A stretch of 64,000 bases of DNA from Minisyncoccia bacterium (GTDB lineage Bacteria; Patescibacteriota; Minisyncoccia; Phycocordibacterales; UBA9973): the NCBI GenBank assembly GCA_965656375.1, contig CBFHKH010000001.1, positions 644,291 to 708,290 of the forward strand, written 5' to 3'. The translations under genes and the position numbers were made by a program. The notes under the pieces were generated by a model. It was not told the DNA's origin and did not search any database. It saw only the letters and a program-made list of their open reading frames with translations. This document shows, one piece after another, positions 9,268 to 19,945 of this stretch (the stretch's first letter is position 1; the number at the start of each line of letters is the position of its first letter).

Positions 9268-11982
9268 GTGAGCAAAAAAACTCTCCCCCTCATTCTCATA
9301 CTTCTCATCATCGCGCAAATGTTTGTGCCTTTTACTGTAGGACGTGACAAAAACAACATTCCCACAATAAAGAAATCTGTAACAGAAGCAGCAATAATGC
9401 AGGTAGCAGTTGACTATACGAGCACGAGTACCGCTATAGATCTTACATTTAGAATTCATCGAGAAACGTCAGATAATCATGGTGTTTTTTACATGATTAC
9501 AAATAATCCGGGAACGACACTAAATCCTAATAAGGATTTTTCATGTACGATATCAACAGGACAAATCTCTACAGTTATTCCCTGCGACTTGAAAGGTGTC
9601 GTTGAAAATGAAAATGCAGATACAGAGATAACATCAGCAAGCCAAGTGTTTGTTCCTGCAAGTGGATCAACAGCGATGGTTACTGATCGAATAAGTAACA
9701 ATCAATTAACCGCTGCTCCAGAAACAACAGGCAGTGATGGAAAAACATACAAGGATGTAACTATAAAGAAAGTTATAAGCCCACTTACTGCAAATACTAC
9801 GTACTACTTGAATGTCTGGGCGTATAATGGAAATCTGGTACCTGAAGGAATTTCATTCTTCTTAGATAAAAAAATAACAACGTCAGTTGCAGGTCAAACT
9901 AATCAGACACCTACTACAGTCGGAACTGTCGAAACAACAGGCGATGGCATGCCAAGTTGTGTATTTGCGCACCCAATAGATGGAACATTTGTAGGATGTA
10001 TAGCGCAGCTTATATATTACGTAGTATTCGTTCCTACTTCATATATATTTGGACTTGCAGGAATGTTTTTCGATACAACGTTTAATTATTCTATACAAGA
10101 CAAATCGTACAACAATTCATTCGTGGTGGAAGGGTGGGGGATCATACGTGATTTCTGCAACATTTTCTTCATATTCGTACTTCTCTATGTAGCATTCTCT
10201 ACAATACTCGGTCTTGGTCATAGTAAACCAAAGGAGATGATTGTAAATGTAGTAATTATAGGGCTTCTGATCAACTTCAGTCTTTTTACCGCTCAAGTCA
10301 TTATAGATACTTCGAACATTTTAGCTCGAGTCTTTTATAATTCCGACGCAGTCAAAGTCACTAAAGATGGAGTGGATCAAGCAGGTGCAAATGGCGTTAT
10401 ACCGATATCAGCCTCGATAGTGAGTAAGGTTGATCCGCAACAACTTATCATAAATTCGAGTAGAGTTTCTGTCTTAAACAAAGCAACCGGAGAAGAAGCA
10501 AGTGCAGGAAATAAAAATTCCACACTTGGAGTAGGAGGATTTATATTGATAACACTCCTTGCAAGTGCGGTTAACGTTGTAGGATTCATTGTATTTCTCA
10601 TGGTTGGAATTATGCTTGTATCTCGAGTTATCGGACTTTGGTTTGCAATGATCTTTGCTCCGCTTGCCTTCTTCTCATATACCGTACCTCAGATGCAAGG
10701 TATGTCGATGGTGGGTTGGAAACATTGGTGGCCGGAAACAATCAAGCTCGCCTTTCTTGCGCCTATTTTCATATTCTTTCTCTACCTCATCCTCAGATTC
10801 ATAGAGTTAGGATTCGGATTAGGAGATGCGGCAAAAGAATCAGGTATCAACTTTGTCCTTCTTACTATGATTCCGTTTATATTTATAATGGTTCTTCTTT
10901 GGAAAGCAAAAGATGTAGCAAAAGATCTGTCCGGCAAGCTTGGGCAAGGAATAACCGGTGGTATATCTGCAGTGGGAGGTATGGCTCTTGGCGGAGCGGC
11001 ACTTGGAGCTGCATTTGCAGGAAGAAAGCTTATTGGAAGTACCGTAGCTCGAGCATCACGAGGAGATACTCTTTCTCAAAGATATGAAGATCCTACAAAG
11101 AGAGCAAAGATGAATGTACTTCAAAAGAGCTTTGGATACATGGGTTCAAAAGTGGGACTCGGAAAAGTATTTGGTAATACATATGACGCAAAAACTCGAA
11201 CAGTCGATAGTGGTATCGGTGGAGTTTTAAATAAGAAACAAAGAAAAGTGGGTGAAATTGACCATGCTCGACACGAGATGGATGCAATTAAAGAAAAAGC
11301 TGGTCTCAAAGGAGTTGATGATGATAGGATTTCTGGCGTAAATGAACAGAAGATGAAGGATACATATGTCAAAGAGAAGAAATCTATGGTTGAATCGGAA
11401 CTTAGAAAGAATGGTGGAGTGGTTGGCGGACAGAAGGTTGAAAGTGAAAATGAATTCAAGGCAAATAATCGAAATCAACTGGTCACAAAAGCGATGAACG
11501 ATCCAAACAACCTAGAGGCTAATGGTACTCTAAAGGATGAGGCAAAGAAACAGATTGAGAATACTCTCAATGCAAATTATGAAATCTATATTAAACCACA
11601 AGTTGAAGCAAAGGCTGCTCAGGATTATGGTCACCTTCGAGATGAATCGAAAACAAAAGTTAATCCACTCGATAGAACAATCGCTCGGTCAAATACTGCT
11701 TCATATGATGCTCGCAATATCTCACAGATGAAAGCGGATAAACGTGAAGGTATATTTACCAGAATGAGTGCAGGATTGATAGCTGGAATCGCTATGGGGG
11801 TACGTACAGGGCTCAAGAATAGTGGAATCAATCATGGTTCTGGCCAAAGTGACTTCCTTAAGGATATTGGACATACTATTACAGAAGCAATGAAGAGCGC
11901 AAAATTTAATGTGAAAGTAGAAGAAAGTCATGGACATGACGCGGGAGGTGATCATGGGCACGGCGGTGGAGGTCATCACTAA
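9268..11982 (+). CDS. VirB6/TrbL-like polytopic membrane protein
   Basis: Multiple TM helices with GWGIIRDFCNIFFIF and LLINFSLF motifs typical of CPR VirB6-like proteins. Lies upstream of PrgI/VirB4; His/Gly-rich C-terminus. Confidence 0.7.
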   Translation: MSKKTLPLILILLIIAQMFVPFTVGRDKNNIPTIKKSVTEAAIMQVAVDYTSTSTAIDLTFRIHRETSDNHGVFYMITNNPGTTLNPNKDFSCTISTGQISTVIPCDLKGVVENENADTEITSASQVFVPASGSTAMVTDRISNNQLTAAPETTGSDGKTYKDVTIKKVISPLTANTTYYLNVWAYNGNLVPEGISFFLDKKITTSVAGQTNQTPTTVGTVETTGDGMPSCVFAHPIDGTFVGCIAQLIYYVVFVPTSYIFGLAGMFFDTTFNYSIQDKSYNNSFVVEGWGIIRDFCNIFFIFVLLYVAFSTILGLGHSKPKEMIVNVVIIGLLINFSLFTAQVIIDTSNILARVFYNSDAVKVTKDGVDQAGANGVIPISASIVSKVDPQQLIINSSRVSVLNKATGEEASAGNKNSTLGVGGFILITLLASAVNVVGFIVFLMVGIMLVSRVIGLWFAMIFAPLAFFSYTVPQMQGMSMVGWKHWWPETIKLAFLAPIFIFFLYLILRFIELGFGLGDAAKESGINFVLLTMIPFIFIMVLLWKAKDVAKDLSGKLGQGITGGISAVGGMALGGAALGAAFAGRKLIGSTVARASRGDTLSQRYEDPTKRAKMNVLQKSFGYMGSKVGLGKVFGNTYDAKTRTVDSGIGGVLNKKQRKVGEIDHARHEMDAIKEKAGLKGVDDDRISGVNEQKMKDTYVKEKKSMVESELRKNGGVVGGQKVESENEFKANNRNQLVTKAMNDPNNLEANGTLKDEAKKQIENTLNANYEIYIKPQVEAKAAQDYGHLRDESKTKVNPLDRTIARSNTASYDARNISQMKADKREGIFTRMSAGLIAGIAMGVRTGLKNSGINHGSGQSDFLKDIGHTITEAMKSAKFNVKVEESHGHDAGGDHGHGGGGHH

Positions 11983-11992
11983 ATAAGATATT

Positions 11993-13111
11993 ATGGATCA
12001 AACACAATTACAACAACAAATAGCTCTCTATTACTCAAAACTCTCGCCAGAAATGCAGGCGTCATTTTCGAGCATGCAGTGGATGGAATCACTCAGAGAA
12101 ATTAGTAGGATATACAAACTGACTGAAAATCAGATAGTTACACTCGGAACCGAAACAACCCTTGTTTTACTTGGGATAATATCCACAGAAGAATATGAAG
12201 CTACATTGAAAGATGAGATAAAAATAGACGATGCCGGAATGAAATCAATGCTTGCCGAGATTGAATCAAAAATACTCGGTGTAAATCGTTCCAGACTTAG
12301 AGAAGCATTTGAAAAGAATGTAGACGAATTAGGACAAGAAAAGTACGGTGGGGTACAGAAACTCGATGAACGATTCCTCAAGCTTCCGCAAGAAGTACAG
12401 CAAGCAATTAGAGAATCGAACTATCAACCTGTACTCTACAAAATTGCAGAAAAACATACACTTTCCATCAATCATATGGCAGCGCTAGAAGAAGCAACCA
12501 CAAAAGTCATGCTTGGCATGATACATCCCGACAAATATGAACAAGAATTACAATCTACTATCGGCATTCCAAAAGAAGAGATTAGAGAAATTGTCAGTGA
12601 AGTAGATGAAGGAGTTTTAAAAAATATTAAAGAAATACTCAAGTCACATTGGGGAAAACAAGAAATAGCAACTACTGCGGATGATGTTCCGATTCCACCG
12701 TATAAAACATCTTCACTAGAGACTTTTTCAAAGGAATCTGACGCGAAAATATACGAGGCGTCTGGAGTTGAAATAGTTAAAGATAGTAAGCCTATACTTT
12801 CAAAACCCGAAGAAAAGAGCGTAACAGAAAGTGAAAGCGGGGTTTTAAATAGTTCGGGAATCAATATCGTACGAGACATTCCCATTGCTCCTTCTGAACA
12901 CATACTTGCAAACAAAGAAACAGAGAAAAAACTCCTTGAAGGACTCGAGCATCCTGCCGATGTAGCAACAAGTATTATTGGGGATAAATTAAGCGGTGCG
13001 ACTAAAAGTAAAGACACGGTTACTGATTATTCACTACCAAAGCTTGGAAAGGATGTAGCGGTGCCTCTGCCCACAAAACCTCACGATCCATACCACGAAC
13101 CAATTGAATAG
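11993..13111 (+). CDS. Conserved hypothetical protein with duplicated helical domain
   Basis: Two similar units (KLSPEMQ...TTLVLLG / KLPQEVQ...TTKVMLG) and a C-terminal DPYHEPIE. Confidence 0.7.
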   Translation: MDQTQLQQQIALYYSKLSPEMQASFSSMQWMESLREISRIYKLTENQIVTLGTETTLVLLGIISTEEYEATLKDEIKIDDAGMKSMLAEIESKILGVNRSRLREAFEKNVDELGQEKYGGVQKLDERFLKLPQEVQQAIRESNYQPVLYKIAEKHTLSINHMAALEEATTKVMLGMIHPDKYEQELQSTIGIPKEEIREIVSEVDEGVLKNIKEILKSHWGKQEIATTADDVPIPPYKTSSLETFSKESDAKIYEASGVEIVKDSKPILSKPEEKSVTESESGVLNSSGINIVRDIPIAPSEHILANKETEKKLLEGLEHPADVATSIIGDKLSGATKSKDTVTDYSLPKLGKDVAVPLPTKPHDPYHEPIE

Positions 13112-13130
13112 TTTGTGATACAATATATAC

Positions 13131-13547
13131 ATGCAGTTTAAGGTCCCACAATTCATTGATATTGAGGATAAGCTTTTCGGACCTTTCACGTTCCGTCAAT
13201 TCGTCTATCTAGTCGGTGGTGCAGGAATGATATTCGTTGTGTACAAGCTTTTGCCGCTCTATATTGGTATTTTTCTCATCATACCAATCGCAGGCCTTTC
13301 TGCGCTTTTGACATTTTACAAGATCAACAACAAGCCTTTTATTTATTATCTCCAGGCAGCAACAAATTACGCCATTTCAAGTAAACTCTATGTATGGAAA
13401 CAACGTCTTGCGAAACATACAGACAATATAAATACTGATGATATTGCTCTTTCTCAAAAAGTTTCTACCTTGCCAGTTATGACAGAGAGTAAACTCAAAG
13501 ATCTTTCATGGAGTCTTGATGTACAGGCAAAAGACGAAAATGAATAG
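13131..13547 (+). CDS. PrgI family protein
   Basis: MQFKVPQFIDIEDKLFGPFTFRQF N-terminus, two TM helices, upstream of VirB4. Confidence 0.85.
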   Translation: MQFKVPQFIDIEDKLFGPFTFRQFVYLVGGAGMIFVVYKLLPLYIGIFLIIPIAGLSALLTFYKINNKPFIYYLQAATNYAISSKLYVWKQRLAKHTDNINTDDIALSQKVSTLPVMTESKLKDLSWSLDVQAKDENE

Positions 13548-13573
13548 GTAGTAAGTTGTGATATAATTACATT

Positions 13574-14227
13574 ATGGCAATCAACGCGAGGAGCGCACAA
13601 GAATTCGTACCAATCAAAGAAGTTCGCAATGGCGTCATCGTTCTCAAAGACGGAGGTCTTCGTGCAGTTCTTATTGCCTCATCTATCAATCTTTCTCTCA
13701 AATCAAGCGACGAGCAGACTGCTATTATAAATCAATTCCAGTCATTCTTAAATGGTCTTGATTTTCCAACACAAATCGTTATGCAGTCCCGCAGGCTCGA
13801 TATTCGTCCGTATCTTTTAACACTCGAAGAGAGACTCAAACAACAAAATGAGAAGCTTTTGAAGATTCAGACAAAGGAGTATATAGATTTCATCCGCTCA
13901 TTCACAGATGAGGTTAACATCATGACGAAAACATTCTTTGTCATTGTTCCCTATAGTTCGGCAGTACTTAAATCAAGCGATGGGTTGCTCGAAAAGATTG
14001 TCGGTGGAAATGCCGCTAAAAAGCAGATTGAAGATACGAAGAAAGCTATTGACCTCGCATCATTCGAAGAAAAACGAAGTCAGCTCGATCAGCGCGTTGG
14101 GGTTATTATCGGAGGTCTCGGCGGCATTGGTATTCGCTCAAGTCAGCTCAAGACCGAAGAGATCGTAGAGCTTTTTTATAAGACATTCAATCCAGGAGAT
14201 ATTAGTCAGGGAATTAAATTACAATAA
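13574..14227 (+). CDS. TraC/VirB4 N-terminal-like protein
   Basis: SSINLSLKSSDEQ...FLNGLDFPTQI pattern; sits between PrgI and the VirB4 ATPase. Confidence 0.7.
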   Translation: MAINARSAQEFVPIKEVRNGVIVLKDGGLRAVLIASSINLSLKSSDEQTAIINQFQSFLNGLDFPTQIVMQSRRLDIRPYLLTLEERLKQQNEKLLKIQTKEYIDFIRSFTDEVNIMTKTFFVIVPYSSAVLKSSDGLLEKIVGGNAAKKQIEDTKKAIDLASFEEKRSQLDQRVGVIIGGLGGIGIRSSQLKTEEIVELFYKTFNPGDISQGIKLQ

Positions 14228-14235
14228 GAATCAGT

Positions 14236-16074
14236 ATGTCGATATTTTCATCACTATTTGGAGGAGGTAAAAACAAGACAGGACCAAAAAGCTCTGTCAT
14301 GCCGGTACTTCCCGCTGAGATCTATAAAGCTGCAACACTCGAGCTTCAAGATATCATCGCGCCATCAGCATTACAAATAACTCCAAAATCTTTAAACTTG
14401 GGCGATAAAATTGCGCGAACATTTTTCGTTATTTCCTACCCCCGATATCTCTCGGATAACTGGTTCTCGCCGATCATCAACCTTGATAAAGTTTTTGATG
14501 TATCTATATTTGTTCATCCGATCGATACCGCAGAAGTTCTCCATATGTTCCAGAAAAAAGTTGCCGAGGTGCAGAGTCAAATCTCTATTCGCGAATCAAA
14601 AGGTCTTGTTCGAGATCCAATGCTTGATACTGCGTATCAAGATTTAGAAGGACTTCGAGATAATCTTATGCAAGCTCAAGAGAAAATGTTTGATGTTGGA
14701 CTCTATATCACCGTATATGCCGATACAGAGAACGATCTGTTCAAAATTGAGAGTGAGATAAAATCCCTTTTAGAATCAAAGCTTATTTACCTAAAACCAG
14801 CCTTATTTCAGCAAGACGAAGCATTTAAAAGTGTTATTCCACTTGGTACAGATATACTCGGTATTCATCAGAAGCTCAATACAGAACCACTGTCTTCGCT
14901 CTTTCCGTTCGTATCATTTGACCTGACATCAGATAAAGGAATACTCTACGGGGTTAATCGTCACAACTCGAGCTTGATAATATTTGATCGATTCTCACTC
15001 CCGAACTACAATTCGATAACATTTGCCACATCCGGTGCAGGAAAATCATACGCGACAAAGCTCGAAATAATCCGCACACTCATGTTTGACACTGAGGTCA
15101 TCGTTATCGACCCTGAGCGTGAATATGAATACCTCTCTGAAGCAGTTGGCGGGCGATATTTCAATATATCTCTTTCGTCAGATCACCATATCAATCCGTT
15201 TGATTTGCCTATACCGTCATCTGATGAAACGGGAGCCGATGTTCTTCGCGCTAACACCATAAACCTGGTTGGACTATTTCGCATTATGCTTGGAGGTCTC
15301 ACTCCAGAAGAGGATTCTATAATCGATAGTGCTATCACTGAAACATACGCACTTAAAGACATTACGGCAGAATCTAATTTTGCAAACATTGAGCCTCCAC
15401 TTCTCTCTGATTTTGAAATGGTACTCGCTGGTATGGAGGGGAGTGGATCACTCATCCAACGTCTTGCAAAATTCACTCACGGATCATGGGCATCATTTCT
15501 AAACCAGGCTTCAAACGTAGATATCAATCGTAAATTCGTCGTGTTCTCTGTTCGCGACATGGAAGACGACCTAAAACCTGTTGCTATGTATATAGTCACA
15601 CACTATATATGGAATGCTGTTCGAAAGAATATAAAGAAACGATTACTTGTCGTCGATGAGGCCTGGTGGATGATGAAATCCGACGATACAGCTTCATTCC
15701 TTTATTCTATTGCTAAGCGCGGGCGTAAGTACTATCTCGGCCTTGCAACCATAACCCAAGACGTAGGAGACTTTATGAAGAGTCCGTATGGTGTGCCAAT
15801 TGTCACAAACTCTTCTATACAATTACTACTCAAACAATCTCCATCAACAGTTGATGTGCTCCAAAAAACTTTTAATCTGACAGATGAGGAAAAATACCTG
15901 CTTCTCGAAGCAAATGTCGGAGAGGGTATATTCTTTGCCGGCCTCAAGCACGTCGCGGTAAAGACTATTGCTTCATATACAGAAGATCAGATCATTACAT
16001 CTGATCCATCGCAAATACTCGCTATCAAGAAAGCAAAGGATGAATTGGCGGCATCTTCTGGGACAGGACGCTAA
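14236..16074 (+). CDS. virB4: VirB4-like type IV secretion ATPase
   Basis: Walker A ATSGAGKS, IDPEREY, INPFD, Walker B VVDEAW, KRGRKY, TQDVGDF. Confidence 0.9.
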   Translation: MSIFSSLFGGGKNKTGPKSSVMPVLPAEIYKAATLELQDIIAPSALQITPKSLNLGDKIARTFFVISYPRYLSDNWFSPIINLDKVFDVSIFVHPIDTAEVLHMFQKKVAEVQSQISIRESKGLVRDPMLDTAYQDLEGLRDNLMQAQEKMFDVGLYITVYADTENDLFKIESEIKSLLESKLIYLKPALFQQDEAFKSVIPLGTDILGIHQKLNTEPLSSLFPFVSFDLTSDKGILYGVNRHNSSLIIFDRFSLPNYNSITFATSGAGKSYATKLEIIRTLMFDTEVIVIDPEREYEYLSEAVGGRYFNISLSSDHHINPFDLPIPSSDETGADVLRANTINLVGLFRIMLGGLTPEEDSIIDSAITETYALKDITAESNFANIEPPLLSDFEMVLAGMEGSGSLIQRLAKFTHGSWASFLNQASNVDINRKFVVFSVRDMEDDLKPVAMYIVTHYIWNAVRKNIKKRLLVVDEAWWMMKSDDTASFLYSIAKRGRKYYLGLATITQDVGDFMKSPYGVPIVTNSSIQLLLKQSPSTVDVLQKTFNLTDEEKYLLLEANVGEGIFFAGLKHVAVKTIASYTEDQIITSDPSQILAIKKAKDELAASSGTGR

Positions 16075-16133
16075 GAAGGTATTTCCGTGATTACCTACTT
16101 TCTAGTTATAGACAGATACTATATAATAGAGAT

Positions 16134-17129
16134 GTGATTACACAACGAGCAAAAATAGCACTAAGTGTACTTTTCTTGATAAGTATCCTTTACGTAGGTA
16201 AGGAAACTTGGGCAGCAAACGAAATTAATCCAGGTGAAGGAGATATATCAGTCACTACTATTCCAGAGAATCCGGAACCATATCAGGATGTCACAATACA
16301 GCTTTCAAGCTATGCGACAGATCTTAATAGAGCAATGATACAGTGGCAAAGCGGGGCGCGTGTCGTACTCTCAGGATATGGAAAGACAAGTTATTCATTC
16401 AAAACACAGGGTCCAAACACTGCAACTATACTTACTGTCATTATCGCAATACCAGGTACTATCGACAATATCACGAAACAGATATTCATTAATCCGTCAG
16501 AAGTTGAACTTATTTGGGAGGGAGTTGATTCATATACTCCGCCATTTTACAGAGGTAAATCATTTCCGACAGCTGAAAGCCGTATAAAGGTAGTAGCTAT
16601 TCCAAATACCACTACAATCAAACAAGGGAAGGGTTCAGTTTCGTATATATGGAAGTATGGTGATCGCACAGCACAAAGCGCGTCTGGCTACAATAAAGAT
16701 TCATTTGTTTATCAAAATAGTGTACTTAATGATATAGATAAGATCACAGTCACAGCAGAATCTGTGGATGGAGGATACACTGCAACAAAAAGTATACAAA
16801 TACCGATAAGAGAACCAAAACTCCTTTTCTATAAAAAGTCTCCAACTGAAGGGGTATTGTATAATCAAGCACTCGAGTCTGGATCATTTATTGAGGAAGA
16901 GGAAGCAACGTTTGTTGCAGTACCATATTTCCTTGCACTTTCTGGTAATGAGAATAATTTCAATTACACATGGAAGATAAATGGAAAAGAGATCGAAACT
17001 CCATCGAAAAAAACAGAACTCACTATTCGTCCAGCTGCTCGTGGGGGATATGCCACTATTGATGTACTTTTTGAGAACCTAGATACAATTTATCAGAGTG
17101 TGAAAGGTAGTCTTAAAATAACCCTCTAA
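16134..17129 (+). CDS. Secreted Ig-like beta-rich hypothetical protein
   Basis: GTG start, signal peptide, repeated YxW beta motifs. Confidence 0.7.
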   Translation: MITQRAKIALSVLFLISILYVGKETWAANEINPGEGDISVTTIPENPEPYQDVTIQLSSYATDLNRAMIQWQSGARVVLSGYGKTSYSFKTQGPNTATILTVIIAIPGTIDNITKQIFINPSEVELIWEGVDSYTPPFYRGKSFPTAESRIKVVAIPNTTTIKQGKGSVSYIWKYGDRTAQSASGYNKDSFVYQNSVLNDIDKITVTAESVDGGYTATKSIQIPIREPKLLFYKKSPTEGVLYNQALESGSFIEEEEATFVAVPYFLALSGNENNFNYTWKINGKEIETPSKKTELTIRPAARGGYATIDVLFENLDTIYQSVKGSLKITL

Positions 17130-17130
17130 T

Positions 17131-18579
17131 ATGAAAAGATTTTCATCATTGCTAGTCCTCACACTTCTTGCAATAAACACTTTTGTGCCATTTGGTATAT
17201 CACTATCTTCTAATTTTTTACCAGAGATAGTGAAAAATACAGTTTCTGCTGATACCTGCACGATACTCTCAGCAGAATGGAGTCCGGCTGGTGAACAGAG
17301 CAAAAGTACTTTCTATAGAGACGGAAAGACGGCAGCAAATATCGTAGTGGGGACAAAGGGTTGTGTCGACCAACCAGGAATAACGCTTACTGTTTTTGAA
17401 TCGGATAGCTGTCCTCAGAATTGTGATGATGCATTGATTGATTCGAATCTATTGCGAAGACAGATAAAGGTTCCGAGTGATAATTTCACTATACGCATTA
17501 GATTAGGAGAAGAAGAATGCGAAGCTGGATTATCCGGAAGCATCGGCTATGACTGTGATTTATTCTTCTATATAAGACAAGGTGATACCACGCTCTATAA
17601 TTCATCTGGGAAAACCAATGGTGACATCTACTATGAATGTGACGGGCTTTGTTTTGACAATGCTGAATTATTGAAAATCTATGCCCAGGGATCAGACAGC
17701 AACCCAACCACTGTAGATATCAATACGAGCGCAATAAACGAAGATGTATATACTCTTCTTGCTCCTATCGGTAACATAAACTGTGTAAGTGATACTGGGA
17801 TGGATAAGGATGGTAATCAGAACTGCATTGTGGGCAATGGAATCGGATACTATCTGAATGCAATTTTCCTCCTTGCTATCGGTCTTTGTGGAGCGCTCGC
17901 AGTTATTATGATCATCATAAGTGGTATTCAGTACATGGGTGATGAATCAGTATTCGGTAAAACTGAAGCAAAGAGCAAGATATTTGCTGCAATACTTGGT
18001 CTTTTGATCGCACTTGGTTCATATGCATTGCTTCGAACTATTAATCCTGATCTCACTGGTTCAGACGGAGTATCGATAAGCCAAGTTGAGGCTGAAATAG
18101 ATGATCAACCGATACTCTCTGATGAAAATACAGTTGCTCCAATAGGAACAAATATTGCTAAGTGTCCGGAAGGAGTGGAACCAACACAAACTGCAACTGT
18201 AAAATTCATTACTTGTAAATCGATTTCAGTAAAGTTTAAACAAATGATTTCTGATGCATTAGCAGCAGGAATGAAAATAACTGGGGGAGGATTCAGAACC
18301 CGTGCTGAGCAAGTTGCTCTGTATCAAAAGAATTGTGGAGGTGGTACAAGAAAATGTAATCCACCTACAGCAAAACCAGGAAGTTCTATGCACGAAAGTG
18401 GGCTCGCATTTGATTTGAAATGCGATGGAAATTTAATCAATTTTGACGGAAATCAAAGAAAATTCCCAATTGTTACATCTACAAAAAAATGTTTTGATTG
18501 GTTAGCCGCAAATGCCTATAAATACGGACTACAAAATTTTAAAAGAGAAAATTGGCACTGGTCTACAAACGGTCACTAA
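17131..18579 (+). CDS. T4SS pilin-domain / M15 (VanY-type) D,D-carboxypeptidase fusion
   Basis: Pilin-like ALAVIMIIISGIQYM...LLIALGSYALLRTINP segment, then M15 motifs GFRT, SMHESGLAFD and ENWH. Confidence 0.8.
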   Translation: MKRFSSLLVLTLLAINTFVPFGISLSSNFLPEIVKNTVSADTCTILSAEWSPAGEQSKSTFYRDGKTAANIVVGTKGCVDQPGITLTVFESDSCPQNCDDALIDSNLLRRQIKVPSDNFTIRIRLGEEECEAGLSGSIGYDCDLFFYIRQGDTTLYNSSGKTNGDIYYECDGLCFDNAELLKIYAQGSDSNPTTVDINTSAINEDVYTLLAPIGNINCVSDTGMDKDGNQNCIVGNGIGYYLNAIFLLAIGLCGALAVIMIIISGIQYMGDESVFGKTEAKSKIFAAILGLLIALGSYALLRTINPDLTGSDGVSISQVEAEIDDQPILSDENTVAPIGTNIAKCPEGVEPTQTATVKFITCKSISVKFKQMISDALAAGMKITGGGFRTRAEQVALYQKNCGGGTRKCNPPTAKPGSSMHESGLAFDLKCDGNLINFDGNQRKFPIVTSTKKCFDWLAANAYKYGLQNFKRENWHWSTNGH

Positions 18580-18589
18580 TAAATAATAT

Positions 18590-19927
18590 ATGCCTAGAAA
18601 AACAAAAATTATCTTCATAATCGTGTTTGCAGTCATCGGGATGGGAACGTTGAGTGCATATTTCTACATTAATCGTGCAAAAACAACCGGATCAACTGAT
18701 GGTGCTTCATCTGGCTACAAACCGTTCTTTGGTAGTAGTAATACACCCGATACAGAAACAACATCACAAGATCAAACAGGAAACACCGATACCAATGTAA
18801 ATACAGAATCAGCCGAAACCATAAATGCGACACCATCAGGTTCTTCTCGATTCAGTCAGATTGCTAATTTCGCAGTTGCAGGAGCGGTATTTTTCGAAGA
18901 TACCCGACCAATACCCGAAGATGAAGTAGCCCTACCGGGAGGTGAAGAGCCAGCTAAAGAACCTTCTCCAGTGAAAGCTAAAACAAAGACAGCTCCTGTG
19001 AAACCACAAGCACCTAAATTTGAAATAGTACCGAGTCTTCGGTATGTAGAGCGCGCTACAGGGCATATACATCAGATGTATCTGGACACAAAAGTAACTG
19101 GACAAGTCTCTAATGGAACAATACCAACAGTATATGAAGCTCTCTTTGATGGTAAAGCAAACTCGCTTTTGTATCGCTATATCGGAGATGATGGACGGAG
19201 TATTACAAGTTTCTTAGCAACACTCGGAAGTGCAAATGGTGAATTTTTGCCGGCAGATATCCTCGATGTAAGCGTTTCTCCCGATAAAAGCAAATTCTTT
19301 TATTTGACAAAGACTGCTCAAGGGGTAGTCGGCACAACTCGGTCATTTAGAGATACGAAAAAAACCCAAATATTTAGCTCTTCTCTTACAGAACTTCTTT
19401 CAGAGTGGGTAACCGACCAGAAGGTATTTTTAACGACAAAAGCTGATTCCTCGGTAAACGGAAGTGTATTTAGTCTAAATACTGGGACTGGAGTCCTTAC
19501 AAAGATCCTAGGAGGGGTAAAGGGGCTTACAACCCTTGCAAACAACGATGGGTCATTCGTCCTTTACAGTGTCTCAACAAATAGTGGTCCGAGGTTAGGT
19601 ATTTTTGATGTTAAAAATCATACCTCAAAAGACCTCAATATAAATGGGCTTCCAGAAAAATGTATTTGGAAGGATACTTTTATTTATTGCGCTATTCCTA
19701 ACAATGCTACAGGTACCGGATATCCAGAACTATGGTACCGAGGACAAGTATCATTTACTGATCATTTTGTTAAGATAAATACAACAACATATGAAAGCAC
19801 TACGTTGGCGGATTCAGCATACGAGATACCTATCGATGGTACTCATCTTTTCTTGGATGATACAGATACGACTCTCTTCTTCATAAACAAGAAAGACTCC
19901 ACTCTTTGGAGTCTTAACCTAAAGTAA
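18590..19927 (+). CDS. Membrane-anchored putative beta-propeller protein
   Basis: N-terminal TM, low-complexity linker, SVSPDK-type repeats. Confidence 0.65.
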   Translation: MPRKTKIIFIIVFAVIGMGTLSAYFYINRAKTTGSTDGASSGYKPFFGSSNTPDTETTSQDQTGNTDTNVNTESAETINATPSGSSRFSQIANFAVAGAVFFEDTRPIPEDEVALPGGEEPAKEPSPVKAKTKTAPVKPQAPKFEIVPSLRYVERATGHIHQMYLDTKVTGQVSNGTIPTVYEALFDGKANSLLYRYIGDDGRSITSFLATLGSANGEFLPADILDVSVSPDKSKFFYLTKTAQGVVGTTRSFRDTKKTQIFSSSLTELLSEWVTDQKVFLTTKADSSVNGSVFSLNTGTGVLTKILGGVKGLTTLANNDGSFVLYSVSTNSGPRLGIFDVKNHTSKDLNINGLPEKCIWKDTFIYCAIPNNATGTGYPELWYRGQVSFTDHFVKINTTTYESTTLADSAYEIPIDGTHLFLDDTDTTLFFINKKDSTLWSLNLK

Positions 19928-19945
19928 TTGCAACTTAGTTAGGAG

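Noticed and set aside
4491-19927. Integrative conjugative element
   Set aside because: No integrase, relaxase, coupling protein or att repeats; housekeeping context beside oriC.
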